From positions 1,408,001 through 1,472,000 of the forward strand of contig OZ253496.1 of the NCBI GenBank assembly GCA_965262115.1: a DNA stretch of 64,000 bases. The letters run 5' to 3'. Source of the stretch: Nitrospinales bacterium. Lineage in GTDB: Bacteria > Nitrospinota > Nitrospinia > Nitrospinales > VA-1. A model generated the notes under the pieces. That model saw nothing but the letters and a program-made list of their open reading frames with translations, was not told where the DNA came from and ran no database searches. This document shows, in pieces, positions 20,472-31,306 of the stretch. How positions within the stretch are numbered: the stretch's first letter is position 1; each line of letters opens with the position of its first letter. The position numbers and the translations under genes are program-made.

Positions 20472-21005
20472 TCAATATAGGACTTCTGCAGAATCTTTCA
20501 AGGCCGCCGGATTTGCCAATGGCAATTGTGCCAATGGCAAATTTTTCAACGGTAATAATGAAAGGCTCATCGCCGTTTCATCGCAATTGTCTTTATGCAG
20601 GCAAGCCTGGCAATCGTTCCACACCTTCTGCGGCAGTTGCATTTTATCGACCACTTCAAATCCGAACCGGGTGAACAGCGGCACCGCATAAGTGAGAACA
20701 AAGGCCGTGTCGCAGTCGTCCCGCAACAAAGCCCGTTCCACACTGCCTTGAATCATCTCGGTGGCAATGCCCTGCCGGTGATAGCGCGGGTCGACACCGA
20801 GTGAGCGAATCTCCACAAGGCGGTCCCAACCAAATTTCAGGCTACAGATGCCGATGATTTCATTGTGTTTCTCGTAGACCAGAAAATCGGCAATGTTCTG
20901 TTCAATTTCTGCCAACGCGCGGAACAACATTTTACCGTCTTCGGAATAGCAACAGATCAAATTCTGGATGGCCTGCGCATCCTCATATTTAGCTTCTCGT
21001 AACAT
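20472..21005 (-). CDS. GNAT N-acetyltransferase (short ArgA-like)
   Basis: EIRSLGV...RQGIA, FVLTY, LPQKVWNDCQAC...CDE. Confidence 0.8.
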   Translation of the reverse strand: MLREAKYEDAQAIQNLICCYSEDGKMLFRALAEIEQNIADFLVYEKHNEIIGICSLKFGWDRLVEIRSLGVDPRYHRQGIATEMIQGSVERALLRDDCDTAFVLTYAVPLFTRFGFEVVDKMQLPQKVWNDCQACLHKDNCDETAMSLSLLPLKNLPLAQLPLANPAALKDSAEVLY

Positions 21006-21290
21006 ATATAACTTTTCGTAATATACAAGGAACCTTAATAAAAAAAAACCCGCCACTCGGCGCCACTGGCCGTGGGGGCAGTGAAAAATCATTTACCGTT
21101 GAAATATCGATCGATGATTAAAAAAACTTTTTTCCGGGAACCGGGAACCGGGAACGGTGACTGGTCAGTATAAGGGAGATTGCGAATTTAGTCAATGACA
21201 ATTAACAGAGGGGAACCCTTCTAACTACTGAATATTGCTGATAAAAGGGGATTGAATCAGATGAGAAAGATGGAGATATTGCGAGTTACT

Positions 21291-21698
21291 TTATTTTTGG
21301 TGCTTTTTCAACTGGCCCTTTTCGTTAAAACTCCAATCAATTGTCCAGATATCGGAATTCTTCCCTTCTTTAACGGCTTTTTCAATTTTAGACCACCAAA
21401 ATAAAATAAATGCCGCCTGTACGTGAGCTAATGATTCTGCCCACTTTTTAGGAAGGAGAACTACTTGAAGACCAGTTGCTTGAATTGCTTTTCTTTGGTG
21501 GCCTTTAGTGAATCCTCGGTCTGCTGTTAAAATAGCCGTACCGTTATCTTTTCGAAATGCTGTTGCCCAGCTAACATCAGGATGGCCACGTTGACCTTTT
21601 TCTTCAACGTGAGAAAGTTCCACTCCTTCTTTTAATCCCACTTCCCGTATTGCTTTAATAACCTTTATTGAAACATGCTCATCTGCACGAATTTTCAC
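21291..21698 (-). CDS. PIN-like toxin (VapC45/DUF5615-like)
   Basis: MKIRADEHV, DVSW, ILTADRG; overlaps the upstream antitoxin gene. Confidence 0.7.
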   Translation of the reverse strand: MKIRADEHVSIKVIKAIREVGLKEGVELSHVEEKGQRGHPDVSWATAFRKDNGTAILTADRGFTKGHQRKAIQATGLQVVLLPKKWAESLAHVQAAFILFWWSKIEKAVKEGKNSDIWTIDWSFNEKGQLKKHQK

Positions 21699-22405
21699 GC
21701 AACCAATCTTTGCTCAAATTTGACAGCTTGTTTTGCTAAAGATGGATTTACTCCAAACCAATTTCCTACTGTTTTAAAGTTTTTCTCCGCCTTCCAAAGA
21801 TTGAATAAAGCACTTGTTGGGACATGTTTTCTTGATACCGTTGGATGCCCGTATGCAAATCGAGGATTAACAATAATATTGGGAAATTCCTTAGGAATTG
21901 GAATCCAACTTTTTGGAAGCCCTGTATCCATGTTAAAAGTTATTCCCTCTTCCAGGAACCGCTCCCACGCTTGATAAATATTGAACTGTTTTGTTACTAG
22001 ATTTAGAAGAATATCATCTCCAGCTTCTTTGGCGGAATGTAAAAATATATCTCTACGGTCCGTCACTAGTTTGGTGTTAGTAGAAAATGGATGGTCAACG
22101 TTTAATTCTTTTCGTAAATTAAACGCTGCCTTTCTTAGGGCTTGAAGAGAAACTCCTTTATCTCGAAAATAATTTATAGATCTTGCTTCCATTAAATCGA
22201 AAAAACCTAACGTTTGTTGCCCATCAATCACTTCATACTGTCTAATTATTAATGGTGCCATATCCGTTGGATGTTCCGTCAGCCAATGGCTTAATTTTCC
22301 TGGAAATTTAATATGTAAAAGCCGTCCTGCCTCTGCAGCGGAATAAAATCCACCAGACATTGGGTCATTTATTTCTATTTTTCTTTTTATTTTTTTTGAT
22401 TTCAT
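21695..22405 (-). CDS. HTH plus DUF433 antitoxin (VapB45-like)
   Basis: YSAAEAGRLL, FFDLME, IIVNPRFAYGHP...VPT. Confidence 0.75.
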   Translation of the reverse strand: MKSKKIKRKIEINDPMSGGFYSAAEAGRLLHIKFPGKLSHWLTEHPTDMAPLIIRQYEVIDGQQTLGFFDLMEARSINYFRDKGVSLQALRKAAFNLRKELNVDHPFSTNTKLVTDRRDIFLHSAKEAGDDILLNLVTKQFNIYQAWERFLEEGITFNMDTGLPKSWIPIPKEFPNIIVNPRFAYGHPTVSRKHVPTSALFNLWKAEKNFKTVGNWFGVNPSLAKQAVKFEQRLVA

Positions 22406-22622
22406 TCGGAATGATTTATCTTTTGATTATTCTTAAATTCTCTTTTTAATTTTAGGCTATCTATAAAAATACTCAATAGCATTCAAGAAAAAAAATTCTG
22501 AAGGCATGGCCATATTTTATACCTTTGAAAACAAAGGTATTAAGAATTTTTAAGCTGGCGATAACAACCACGCTTTTCACCATTACCCTGCAAAACCTAG
22601 TATTTGATCGCTGGCCCTCTGC

Positions 22623-23354
22623 CTAGGAGTTGACAACCAGTTGGTCTTTGAGTTGGTCGATGAGGAGGATGTTGTTGATGGAGATGGAAACTTTGTCGGC
22701 CATGCGTTCGAGAAACTCGGTGCTGAGTCCGTCATGAAAGTGAAAGGGATTGGGGCTGCCAAAGGCAATCGCCCCGACCATGACATCCTGCGCCATGATG
22801 GGAATCAACGCTTCTGATTTAATGCTGTCATTATTAGCGAACAGTTCGGAGTCTTTGATCTCACTGCGAAGGATGGGTTTGAGTCCCTTTTCAAACCAGC
22901 TCTCAGCCGTTTCCTGGCAAATGAATTTCACTGTTTCGTCGAGGGTGCCGTTATAGCGCTGCCGCAACCGGTCTTCCATACAAGGGTCGGAGCCTTTCAC
23001 CAGACAAACTTTGACATTGGGAATGCCAAACCGGTTGGGAATTTCTTTTTGTAGTTGATGGACCATTTGGTCGAGGTTGGTGCTGGTCAATACCAGTCTT
23101 TCGATTTCAAACAAGTGATCCTGAATTTTTTCATTGGCGCGGGAAATTTCGAACAACCATTCCAGCTTGCTTTTAAGATGTTCTTTATCATCGTGAACCC
23201 GCTTGATGACCCGGTCCGCCAGACTCAACGTCGTCATGGGCTCGATAGGAAGGTCTTCGTCTTTAATATCTTTTATCTTTTTCAGCAGTTCCGGGTATTC
23301 GTTGAAAAACTCGAGGTGCTCATTAAGATAGATAGCGATCTGGTCTTTATTCAT
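22623..23354 (-). CDS. DUF484 (YigA-like) GAF-fold protein
   Basis: IAIYLNEHLEFFNEYPELL, SEALIPI, GS...F..GLSTEFL. Confidence 0.75.
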   Translation of the reverse strand: MNKDQIAIYLNEHLEFFNEYPELLKKIKDIKDEDLPIEPMTTLSLADRVIKRVHDDKEHLKSKLEWLFEISRANEKIQDHLFEIERLVLTSTNLDQMVHQLQKEIPNRFGIPNVKVCLVKGSDPCMEDRLRQRYNGTLDETVKFICQETAESWFEKGLKPILRSEIKDSELFANNDSIKSEALIPIMAQDVMVGAIAFGSPNPFHFHDGLSTEFLERMADKVSISINNILLIDQLKDQLVVNS

Positions 23355-23494
23355 GAAGTATTCCTATTCGAGTATGTTGAAAAAGGACTCAATATACCAC
23401 AGAACTCGCCGACCTAACAAACATAAAATACATAAAATCAATAAGTTATAGGATTACCGGAACGTGGAGTGCCTCCCTCGTGTGAAATTTTTCC

Positions 23495-26400
23495 TTAGTT
23501 TTCATGCCTCGGAGGGGTATTAGAGGGGGTGTGGAACCACTTATATAAGGTGGGCAGGACCACCAGTGTCAACGCGGTCGAGGAGAGGATGCCGCCGATC
23601 ACCACCGTTGCCAGCGGACGTTGCACTTCGGCGCCGGTTCCCGTTGCCAGAGCCATGGGGATGAATCCCAACGAAGCGACCAGTGCCGTCATCAAAACCG
23701 GACGAAGACGCGTGAGTGACCCTTGTCGAATGGCATCATCCAGGGGAACCCCCTGGTCGCGCAGGTTGCCGATGAACGAAATCATCATCATACCGTTCAG
23801 CACCGCGACTCCCGACAGAGCAATAAAGCCCACCGCCGCCGAAATCGATAAGGGAATTCCCCGCAGCCATAGGGAGAGGAATCCGCCAGTGAGCGCCAGG
23901 GGCACTCCGGTAAAAACCAGCAGAGCGTTGGCGTTGGAACCGAACGCCGCAAACAGTAATAAGTAAATCAGCACAAGGGTCAGGGGAATCACCACCCACA
24001 ATCTTTGCGCTGCGGAAATCAGGTGCTCGAACTGACCTCCCCACTCGATCCAATAACCCGGCTCGGCTTTGAGGTTAAGGGCGCTTTGTGCCTCTGCAAC
24101 AAAAGAACCCAGGTCGCGGCCCCTTACATTAGCGGTCACCACCACACGGCGCTTGGCGTTTTCGCGGCTGATCTGATTCGGCCCCTTGATAACTTTAAAT
24201 TCCGCGATCGTTCCGAGTGGTATGAATTTGGGGAAATGTGAACTCGTCCCCGAATGCGCTTCTTCGTCCTGAGCTAACAGGATGGTAATCTCTTTGAGCA
24301 AATCCATATTTTCGCGGATGTCTTCCGGCAAGCGCACGATGAGGTCAGACCTTTGGTCTCCTTCAAAAACCTGTCCGGCCTTTTTTCCTCCAATGGCGAT
24401 TTGGACGACTTCCTGAACATCGGCGGCGTTGATCCCCAACCGGGCCATTGCAGGGCGGTCCATCTCTACCGTAAGAACCGGGAGTCCGGTCACCTGTTCG
24501 ACTTTCACATCGGACGCGCCGGGGATATCAGCCAGAACATGTTCGACCTCATAGGCCAGGACCAGCAGCTTGTCCAGATCATCGCCAAAAATTTTAACCG
24601 CCACATCACTGCGCACGCCCGAAATCAATTCATTAAACCGCATCTCAATCGGCTGGGTGATTTCATATTTGTTACCGGGCACTTCGGCCAACTTCTTTTC
24701 CAGATCCCGCACCAGAGCTGATTTTTCTCTTGTGGGGTCACTCCATTCAGAACGGGGTTTCACTATCACAAACACATCGGCCACACTGGGTGGCATCGGG
24801 TCGGTGGCAATGTCCGCCGTGCCGATCTTCGCAAAAACATAATCCACTTCCGGCAGTTCTTTTATTTTTTTCTCCAGCGTGTCCTGCATGGAAACGGCTT
24901 GAGAAATACTGGTACCGGGAACCCGAAGGGCGTGAACGGCGAAATCCCCTTCATCCAGAGTCGGGAGAAACTCGCTGCCCAATTTCTGGATCAATAAAAT
25001 ACTGAGCACAACCAGAACCCCGGCAAAGGCGATCACCGAGGCGCGATTCCTGGCGGTGACGTCCAGCAGGAAAGAATAAAACCGGTCCGCGCCTTTTAAA
25101 ATGATGCTCTCCTTTTCAGAGATGGAAGAAGATGCAAACTGAGCCATCATCGCCGGAACAAAAGTGATCGAAAGAATCAATGCTCCGGCAAGAGCCATCA
25201 ACACGGTGAAAGCCATGGGCTGAAACATTTTGCCTTCGATTCCAGTCAGGGTGAGTATGGGCAGATAAACGATCATGATGATGAACACCCCGAAGATGCT
25301 GGGGCGGGAAACTTCGCAGGCAGAACTTTGCACAATGTCAAAGCGTTCCTGCTGATTTAATATTCGCCCCAACTGTTTTTGTTTCTCGGTAAGGCGGCGA
25401 CTGCAGTTTTCCACAATGATCACCGCACCATCGACGATGATGCCAAAATCAATAGCGCCCAGGCTCAACAGGTTGCCACTGACCCGGTTGCTCACCATCC
25501 CCGTTACCGCAAACAACATGGAAAGGGGAATCACCAGCGCCGTGATCACCGCCGCGCGGAAATTGCCCAGCAACAAAAATAAAACGGCGACAACCAGAAG
25601 CGCTCCTTCCAGAAGGTTGTCACGGACGGTTTTGAGAGTGGCGTTAACCAGATGGGTACGGTCATAAACGGTTTGTGCCACCACGCCTTCGGGCAAAGTC
25701 TGGTTGATCAATTTCATTTTCTCGGCAACCCTTAATGAAACCGTTCTACTGTTTTCTCCCTTAAGCATGAACACAGTACCCAGCACCACTTCCCAGCCAT
25801 TTTTGGTTGCGGCTCCCGTCCTCAACTCCTTGCCCAGGTCCACGTCTGCCACATCCTTAATATAAACAGGAACCCCTTGATGGGAACCGATGACAATATT
25901 TCTAATATCCTCCAGGCCCGATACCTGACCGGGGGTTCGCACAAGGTATTGCTGACCGCTATGCTCAATATAACCCGCACCAGTGTTTTGGTTGTTTCTG
26001 CTCAAAGCTTCGATGACATCTCTGAACGAAAAACCATAGGCGATCAGTTTTTGCGGGTCGGGCGACACCTGAAAATTTTTGACATATCCGCCGATGCTGT
26101 TGACCTCCGTCACCCCGGGAATGTTCATCAGTTGCGGCTTGATGATCCAGTCCTGAATGGTTCTCAGCTCAGAAGATGAATAGGGTTTGCGATTTTGGTC
26201 TTCGGCTTCCACCGACCACATGAAGATTTCCCCCAGTCCGGTAGCGATCGGACCCATAACCGGTTCCACGTTTTCAGGCAGGTGGCTTTTCACTTCCTGA
26301 ATTTTGGAATTGATCAATTGCCGGGCGAAAAATATATCTGTTCCATCCTCAAAAATCACCGTGACCTGGGAAAGGCCGTAGCGGGACAGCGAACGGGTGC

Positions 26401-26641
26401 GCTTCAATCGGGGCATGCCCGCCAGAGTGGTTTCAATCGGGAAGGTGATGCGCTGTTCGACTTCCAGCGGCGTGAAGCCCGGGGCCTCGGTATTGATCTG
26501 CACCTGAATATTGGTGACATCGGGAACCGCGTCAATAGGAAGGATTGTAAAATTATACCCACCCAGCGCGATGAGGGCCAAAGCCCCGGCAATCACAAAA
26601 AATCTTTGCCGAATGGAAAATGCGATAATTTTTTCTAACAT
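23495..26641 (-). CDS. czcA: Heavy-metal RND efflux permease, CzcA/CusA family
   Basis: LPIDAVPDVTNIQVQINT, GAIDFGIIVDG, RLRPVLMTALVASLGF. Confidence 0.95.
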   Translation of the reverse strand: MLEKIIAFSIRQRFFVIAGALALIALGGYNFTILPIDAVPDVTNIQVQINTEAPGFTPLEVEQRITFPIETTLAGMPRLKRTRSLSRYGLSQVTVIFEDGTDIFFARQLINSKIQEVKSHLPENVEPVMGPIATGLGEIFMWSVEAEDQNRKPYSSSELRTIQDWIIKPQLMNIPGVTEVNSIGGYVKNFQVSPDPQKLIAYGFSFRDVIEALSRNNQNTGAGYIEHSGQQYLVRTPGQVSGLEDIRNIVIGSHQGVPVYIKDVADVDLGKELRTGAATKNGWEVVLGTVFMLKGENSRTVSLRVAEKMKLINQTLPEGVVAQTVYDRTHLVNATLKTVRDNLLEGALLVVAVLFLLLGNFRAAVITALVIPLSMLFAVTGMVSNRVSGNLLSLGAIDFGIIVDGAVIIVENCSRRLTEKQKQLGRILNQQERFDIVQSSACEVSRPSIFGVFIIMIVYLPILTLTGIEGKMFQPMAFTVLMALAGALILSITFVPAMMAQFASSSISEKESIILKGADRFYSFLLDVTARNRASVIAFAGVLVVLSILLIQKLGSEFLPTLDEGDFAVHALRVPGTSISQAVSMQDTLEKKIKELPEVDYVFAKIGTADIATDPMPPSVADVFVIVKPRSEWSDPTREKSALVRDLEKKLAEVPGNKYEITQPIEMRFNELISGVRSDVAVKIFGDDLDKLLVLAYEVEHVLADIPGASDVKVEQVTGLPVLTVEMDRPAMARLGINAADVQEVVQIAIGGKKAGQVFEGDQRSDLIVRLPEDIRENMDLLKEITILLAQDEEAHSGTSSHFPKFIPLGTIAEFKVIKGPNQISRENAKRRVVVTANVRGRDLGSFVAEAQSALNLKAEPGYWIEWGGQFEHLISAAQRLWVVIPLTLVLIYLLLFAAFGSNANALLVFTGVPLALTGGFLSLWLRGIPLSISAAVGFIALSGVAVLNGMMMISFIGNLRDQGVPLDDAIRQGSLTRLRPVLMTALVASLGFIPMALATGTGAEVQRPLATVVIGGILSSTALTLVVLPTLYKWFHTPSNTPPRHEN

Positions 26642-26696
26642 ATTTTTTTCCCTGATTCACATATTACATATGAGGTTGTAAATCCCCCCAGCCCCT

Positions 26697-27075
26697 CGTG
26701 ATATTTTACCTTTGCCTTCATGCCCGGCACGGGTATGTGATATTTTACCTTTGCCTTCATGCCCGGCACGGGTACTTTAAGAAAGGCGGAAGCAGAAATC
26801 CCCCCTCCCTTCATAGGGAGGGGCCAGGGGAGGGTTGGATTATGAATTCTGTCAAAAACAATCCACACCCCTCCGCGGCTACGCCTTGCCTCCCCTCATG
26901 AGAGGGGAGGATCAATGAGAATCTCGGATTACGCAAAGGTCCCTTTTGAGAAAAAGGGGGACAACCTGAAACCTTCTGGTTGTAAATCCCCCCAGCCCCT
27001 CGTGATATTGTTCCAAAGCCCTCGTGCGGGGCATGGAGGCTGATGTTAAATACCACAGGGGTCGGGGGGATTTGC
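26697..27075 (-). repeat. Two tandem 39-bp micro-elements (26697-26735, 26736-26774), MITE (to 26943) and a degenerate element (27001-27057) between czcB and czcA
   Basis: TACCCGTGCCGGGCATGAAGGCAAAGGTAAAATATCAC twice on the minus strand. Confidence 0.85.
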
Positions 27076-27081
27076 TTTTCC

Positions 27082-28839
27082 CTAGTGGCTGTGGGTGGCG
27101 CCAGACTTTTCAATCTCGGCCTTCACCGCATAACTGTTTTTTGCCACATACTGTTCTCCGGCTTTCAAACCCTGCAGAACTTCCACCCGGCTACCATCGT
27201 TTTCTCCAAGCTCCAGAGGCCGTGCTTCCAGTTGAGATCCGTATTTGACAAAGACCACCGACCAGTAGCGGAAACTTTGAATGGCATCCGGTTCCACCAC
27301 CACAGGAACCCTGCGTTCGTCGAGGACCAGTTTCACCGTGACATAACCGCCGGGACGCAAATCGCGCTTCATATTGGGAATCACGACACGCCCTGTCGCC
27401 GTTCGCGTTTTTTCATCAATGATCGAACTGAGATAAGACAATTTCGCCTGCAGGGTCTTGGGTCCCTCCTCAAAGATCACTTTTTGCCCGAGGCGAACTT
27501 TTTTGAGTTCCTTTTCCGGAATGGCAAAATTCACCCAGACCTCTGAAAGATCGGCCAGGAGAAAAATGTCATCATCCTTTTTGACCGCCTCTCCGGTGGT
27601 TAGATGTTTCTGGATCACCGTACCGTCTAAAGTAGCGCGCAGTTCATACCGGGTGAAATGCTGTTCATCCTGTTCCAGCAAATAATCCACTTCCTCCGGG
27701 GCCAGTCCCAATGCCAGCAGTTTTTGGTTGGCGGTTTTCAGATTAAGCTGGTCGATCTCCAGAGTTTTTTTCTTTTGCCGGAGAGACCACGCGCCATCGT
27801 AGGAAATTTTTTCACGCAAAGCGATATAACGAGCCTCGGTGCTTTTGTAATTTTCCAAAGCGACTAAATATTCCGATTCGGATGAGATGCCCTTTTCCAG
27901 CAATCCTTTTTCACGCAGGTGAATGGACTTTGCCAGCTGTAATTTGGCAGAGGCGGGAATGAGCAGTTCGCGGCTTTTTCCGATCACCAGGTCTTTAAGC
28001 TGACGATAAATTTCTTCCGGGTCCAAATCCTGCTCAAGCAGATCCAGCATGCGCTGGGTGTTTTCGAAGACCTGTGTTTCCCGGTCCAGGTCTGCCCTCG
28101 CCATGCCAGCCTGCTTGGTGTTGGTCAGGTAATCGATCTTCGCGTCGGCCAGTTCCCGGCTTTCCAGTATGGCGATGACCTCACCACGGGAAACCTGATC
28201 TCCCAAATCTTTAAATACTTTTTTAACCACTCCATCAACCCTTGGAACGATGTGGACCACCTTTTCCTCGTTGAGTCCGATCTCGCCCGGCAAACGTATC
28301 GTTGTCACCAGTTTTTCCGGCCCGGCTTTTTTAAAAACCAGTCCCGCGTTTTGAATCGCCTCTGGGGAAAATTCTGCCCGGCCTTCAATTTGAGAAAGTT
28401 GCCACTGAAAGTTTTGCCCTTTCCATTTTGCGTTGACAATCATTTCAAAAGAATGCGGCTCGGCAACCACCTGGTCTCCCAGCAAATAATCTCCCGAAGG
28501 TTTAAAGCCAATGGTGTCGGTCCTATCCAACCTCTTTAAAACGATATTCAAATTAATCTCGTTAAGGTTGACAGGTTCACTAGAAGTTATATAGACCCTG
28601 AATTGTGGCGGAATACCGTCTTCAAAAATTTTTACCTCCACCTGAAAATCCTGTTCGGCAAACAACCAACCGCCGTGTTTTCCCCTTTGAACAGAGGGAT
28701 CACCATTCTTACCCTGAGCGTGCGATGAGTCCGGCTCATCAAGCCCGGGCTTTGCCTTATCCATATTTAAAATGCCCCAGGCCAGAACCGCTCCTACAAC
28801 CAGAATGGCAATAGCGCCGAAAGAAATCTTTCTGTTCAT
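27082..28839 (-). CDS. czcB: RND periplasmic adaptor, CzcB/CusB family
   Basis: HIVPRVDGVV, LADLSEVWV, TRTATGRV; between czcC and czcA. Confidence 0.9.
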   Translation of the reverse strand: MNRKISFGAIAILVVGAVLAWGILNMDKAKPGLDEPDSSHAQGKNGDPSVQRGKHGGWLFAEQDFQVEVKIFEDGIPPQFRVYITSSEPVNLNEINLNIVLKRLDRTDTIGFKPSGDYLLGDQVVAEPHSFEMIVNAKWKGQNFQWQLSQIEGRAEFSPEAIQNAGLVFKKAGPEKLVTTIRLPGEIGLNEEKVVHIVPRVDGVVKKVFKDLGDQVSRGEVIAILESRELADAKIDYLTNTKQAGMARADLDRETQVFENTQRMLDLLEQDLDPEEIYRQLKDLVIGKSRELLIPASAKLQLAKSIHLREKGLLEKGISSESEYLVALENYKSTEARYIALREKISYDGAWSLRQKKKTLEIDQLNLKTANQKLLALGLAPEEVDYLLEQDEQHFTRYELRATLDGTVIQKHLTTGEAVKKDDDIFLLADLSEVWVNFAIPEKELKKVRLGQKVIFEEGPKTLQAKLSYLSSIIDEKTRTATGRVVIPNMKRDLRPGGYVTVKLVLDERRVPVVVEPDAIQSFRYWSVVFVKYGSQLEARPLELGENDGSRVEVLQGLKAGEQYVAKNSYAVKAEIEKSGATHSH

Positions 28840-30137
28840 GGCTGGCTTTCTCCTTTCCCGTTTTCCAGAGATTTGTTTTTGGCAAATGGATCTACCCCAA
28901 TCAGGCGTTTCACATCGGCAACAGCATTGTGATACTCGGCCAGCGCATCAAGGTATTGGCTTTGAACCTGAAAAAATGTTTTCTGGCTATCCAGCACATC
29001 TAACAAACCGAATTTTCCGAAACGATAACCTTCGCTGATGGCATCGAATGCTTTTTTTGCTCCGGGCAAAACCTCGGCCTTGATTGAAGTTACTTTTGCG
29101 TGGGAAAAAGACACTTCGCTACGGGCCTTTAACAGAGCTTCCTGCATTCTCAATGCCTCTGCCTTTTTTTCTTCCTCGGCTTTATACAGCCTGTGACGGG
29201 CTTTGGCAATTCCGCCCTGATTACGGTTGAACCAGTTCAAAGGAACGGTTACACCAAAAACCAAAGCGTTATCATCCGTTTGCTCCAACCGACGGTAACC
29301 ACCGCTGAGTGTCAAATCAGGGATTGCTTTAGAATTCTCCACATCCAACTCTGCCTGCCGATGGGCCAGAGCCGTTGCCGATCTGGAAAGACGCGGATTG
29401 GCGGACAGTTCTGTTACTGACGGCTTGTCCGAAATTGTGAAAAAACCTCCCTGAGCCGAGTCGAACCGGGGTTCGGCGTTCCCCCACAGTACGGACAATT
29501 TCCTGTGGGCATTTTTCAGTTCCTGTTGGGCCCGTGCTTTTTCCATGCGCATATTGGCAAGGGCCACCTGCGCCTTGATTTTTTCTATCGCCGCGACCTT
29601 GCCCACTGTAACTCTCTCAGAAACCGCGTTTAAAAATTTCCTCGCCAGTTGCACCCCTTCGGCCGCTAAAGAAACTTTTTGCTGGGCTTTCAGCACATGA
29701 GTGAAAGCTTTCGAAACACTGGCCAATATTTCCAGACGCTGGACTTCATAATCCCACCCAGTAATTTCTTTCGATAAGTTGGCGGAACTTCTCCTAAGAT
29801 CGCGCTTGCTTCCCAGTTCCAGTCGCTGGCTCAATTGAACCGTGGTTTCAGATTGGTCGAAGCCATTGAAGTCTCCCGATCCGGCTGCGTTTTCCACCTG
29901 CACATGCAGTTGAGGATTAAAAGACAACCCGGCCTGCAAAGTCTCGGCCTCTCGGGCACGAACCTCATACGAAAAAGCCTTCAGGTCAGGGTTTTGCAAC
30001 AAGACCATCTGTAAGACCTGGGTCAGAGTAATGGTCCCGGTTAAGGCTTTCTGTTGTTCTCCTTCCGCCCAGGAGATGCCTGGTATAGAAAAGCTTAGAG
30101 CTAGACAAACCCCAAGGGTTTTTAACGCGCGTTTCAT
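28836..30137 (-). CDS. czcC: Outer-membrane efflux protein, CzcC/TolC family
   Basis: Signal peptide, LSQRLELG.KR, NRNQG, GYRFGKFGLLDVLD. Confidence 0.9.
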   Translation of the reverse strand: MKRALKTLGVCLALSFSIPGISWAEGEQQKALTGTITLTQVLQMVLLQNPDLKAFSYEVRAREAETLQAGLSFNPQLHVQVENAAGSGDFNGFDQSETTVQLSQRLELGSKRDLRRSSANLSKEITGWDYEVQRLEILASVSKAFTHVLKAQQKVSLAAEGVQLARKFLNAVSERVTVGKVAAIEKIKAQVALANMRMEKARAQQELKNAHRKLSVLWGNAEPRFDSAQGGFFTISDKPSVTELSANPRLSRSATALAHRQAELDVENSKAIPDLTLSGGYRRLEQTDDNALVFGVTVPLNWFNRNQGGIAKARHRLYKAEEEKKAEALRMQEALLKARSEVSFSHAKVTSIKAEVLPGAKKAFDAISEGYRFGKFGLLDVLDSQKTFFQVQSQYLDALAEYHNAVADVKRLIGVDPFAKNKSLENGKGESQP

Positions 30138-30253
30138 CTGCTTTATCCTCGATGCTTTTCCGGCACATAAAAATCAAGCCCAGATGCAAACCATTACGCA
30201 ACAGGTTTCATGACGCCGGAAATTTAAAAGGAACTAAATTTGTGGTGATGGAT

Positions 30254-30730
30254 TTAAAGAAACAACGAAGGAGGGGCGCGTGAAGAATTTGGACTTCTTC
30301 TAAAACGTGATTGGAAAGAAACGGTTTCAGAGCCTATAGGAACAAAAACCAGAGGATTGAAAAATTCAAAGTGTTTTGAAGAATCCTGTTTAAAGACTAG
30401 TCCCTGCTTGAAGGACTTGGAGTTTTTAGCCAGGACAAAATAATCGGAATCGTTTTCACCCTCATCCTGGGAAGAATGCGAATGGTGAAAATGGTCGTCG
30501 AGTTCGGAATTGGAAAAATGCCCGTTTACAAGATGGGCATAAGCTTCCAAAGTCGCGGAATGATAGCGCCCCTGATGCTGGTGAGCGTCTATGTGTTCAT
30601 CATGGAGATGCTCGGTTTCAGGATGGTAATGAATGAACGGAAGCAAAGAGAGCGGAATAATGATCCCCAAAAAGATCAACTTCCACAAACCCGAATTTTT
30701 CCTGTTCATTCTAAAAGTCATCGAGCGCAC
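30254..30730 (-). CDS. His-rich exported protein upstream of czcCBA (CzcI-like position)
   Basis: TM/signal segment, His clusters, C-terminal RAPP. Confidence 0.6.
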   Translation of the reverse strand: MRSMTFRMNRKNSGLWKLIFLGIIIPLSLLPFIHYHPETEHLHDEHIDAHQHQGRYHSATLEAYAHLVNGHFSNSELDDHFHHSHSSQDEGENDSDYFVLAKNSKSFKQGLVFKQDSSKHFEFFNPLVFVPIGSETVSFQSRFRRSPNSSRAPPSLFL

Positions 30731-30999
30731 ACAGTTTTGTATTACTTGTATATCGGAAAGTATACTTATTACTTTAAACGAAACCGGTTAGCGGATTCAA
30801 GCGTATTTTCCCGGTTTTTTAAAACATCGATGCGCCTGGGGGAGGAACAGGAGGGGCTTTCTTGCCGCAACCGACCGTACCGCCAAGAAAAGCCAGGATC
30901 ACTAACAAGAGCACAATTGTTCTTAGTTTCATACTCATATCCTATGAGGGCCTTTATTTAGTTGATAATTTTCTCTACGGCAACCACTAAGCACATGAC

Positions 31000-31264
31000 G
31001 GTGATATTCTTCCCCGGCTGTGATGTCCTCTTCCCTAAACTTTATGCCCGGTACGGGTATGTGATATTTCACCTTTGCCTTCATGCCCGGTACGGGTACT
31101 TTAAGAAAGGCGGAAGCAGAAATTCCCCCTCCCTTTATAGGGAGGGGCCAGGGGAGGGTTGGATTATGAATTCCGTAAAAATAATACACCCCTCCGCGGC
31201 TACGCCTTGCCTCCCCTCATGAGAGGGGAGGATCAATGAGAATCTCAGGTTATGCAAAGCTCTC
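31000..31264 (-). repeat. MITE plus tandem micro-elements (31019-31059, 31060-31098)
   Basis: Same architecture as 26697-26943. Confidence 0.85.
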
Positions 31265-31306
31265 CTTATCAGGGGGAAGTTTTTTGCCCCCGGCGGCTCG
31301 CCGGCC

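Noticed and set aside
21134..21154. CCGGGAA three-fold tandem repeat
   Set aside because: Short and intergenic, with no supporting context.
26697..26774. Tandem 39-bp units as a CRISPR or TIGR array
   Set aside because: At most 2-3 units, no unique spacers, no cas or tas gene; copies are dispersed and behave as insertions.
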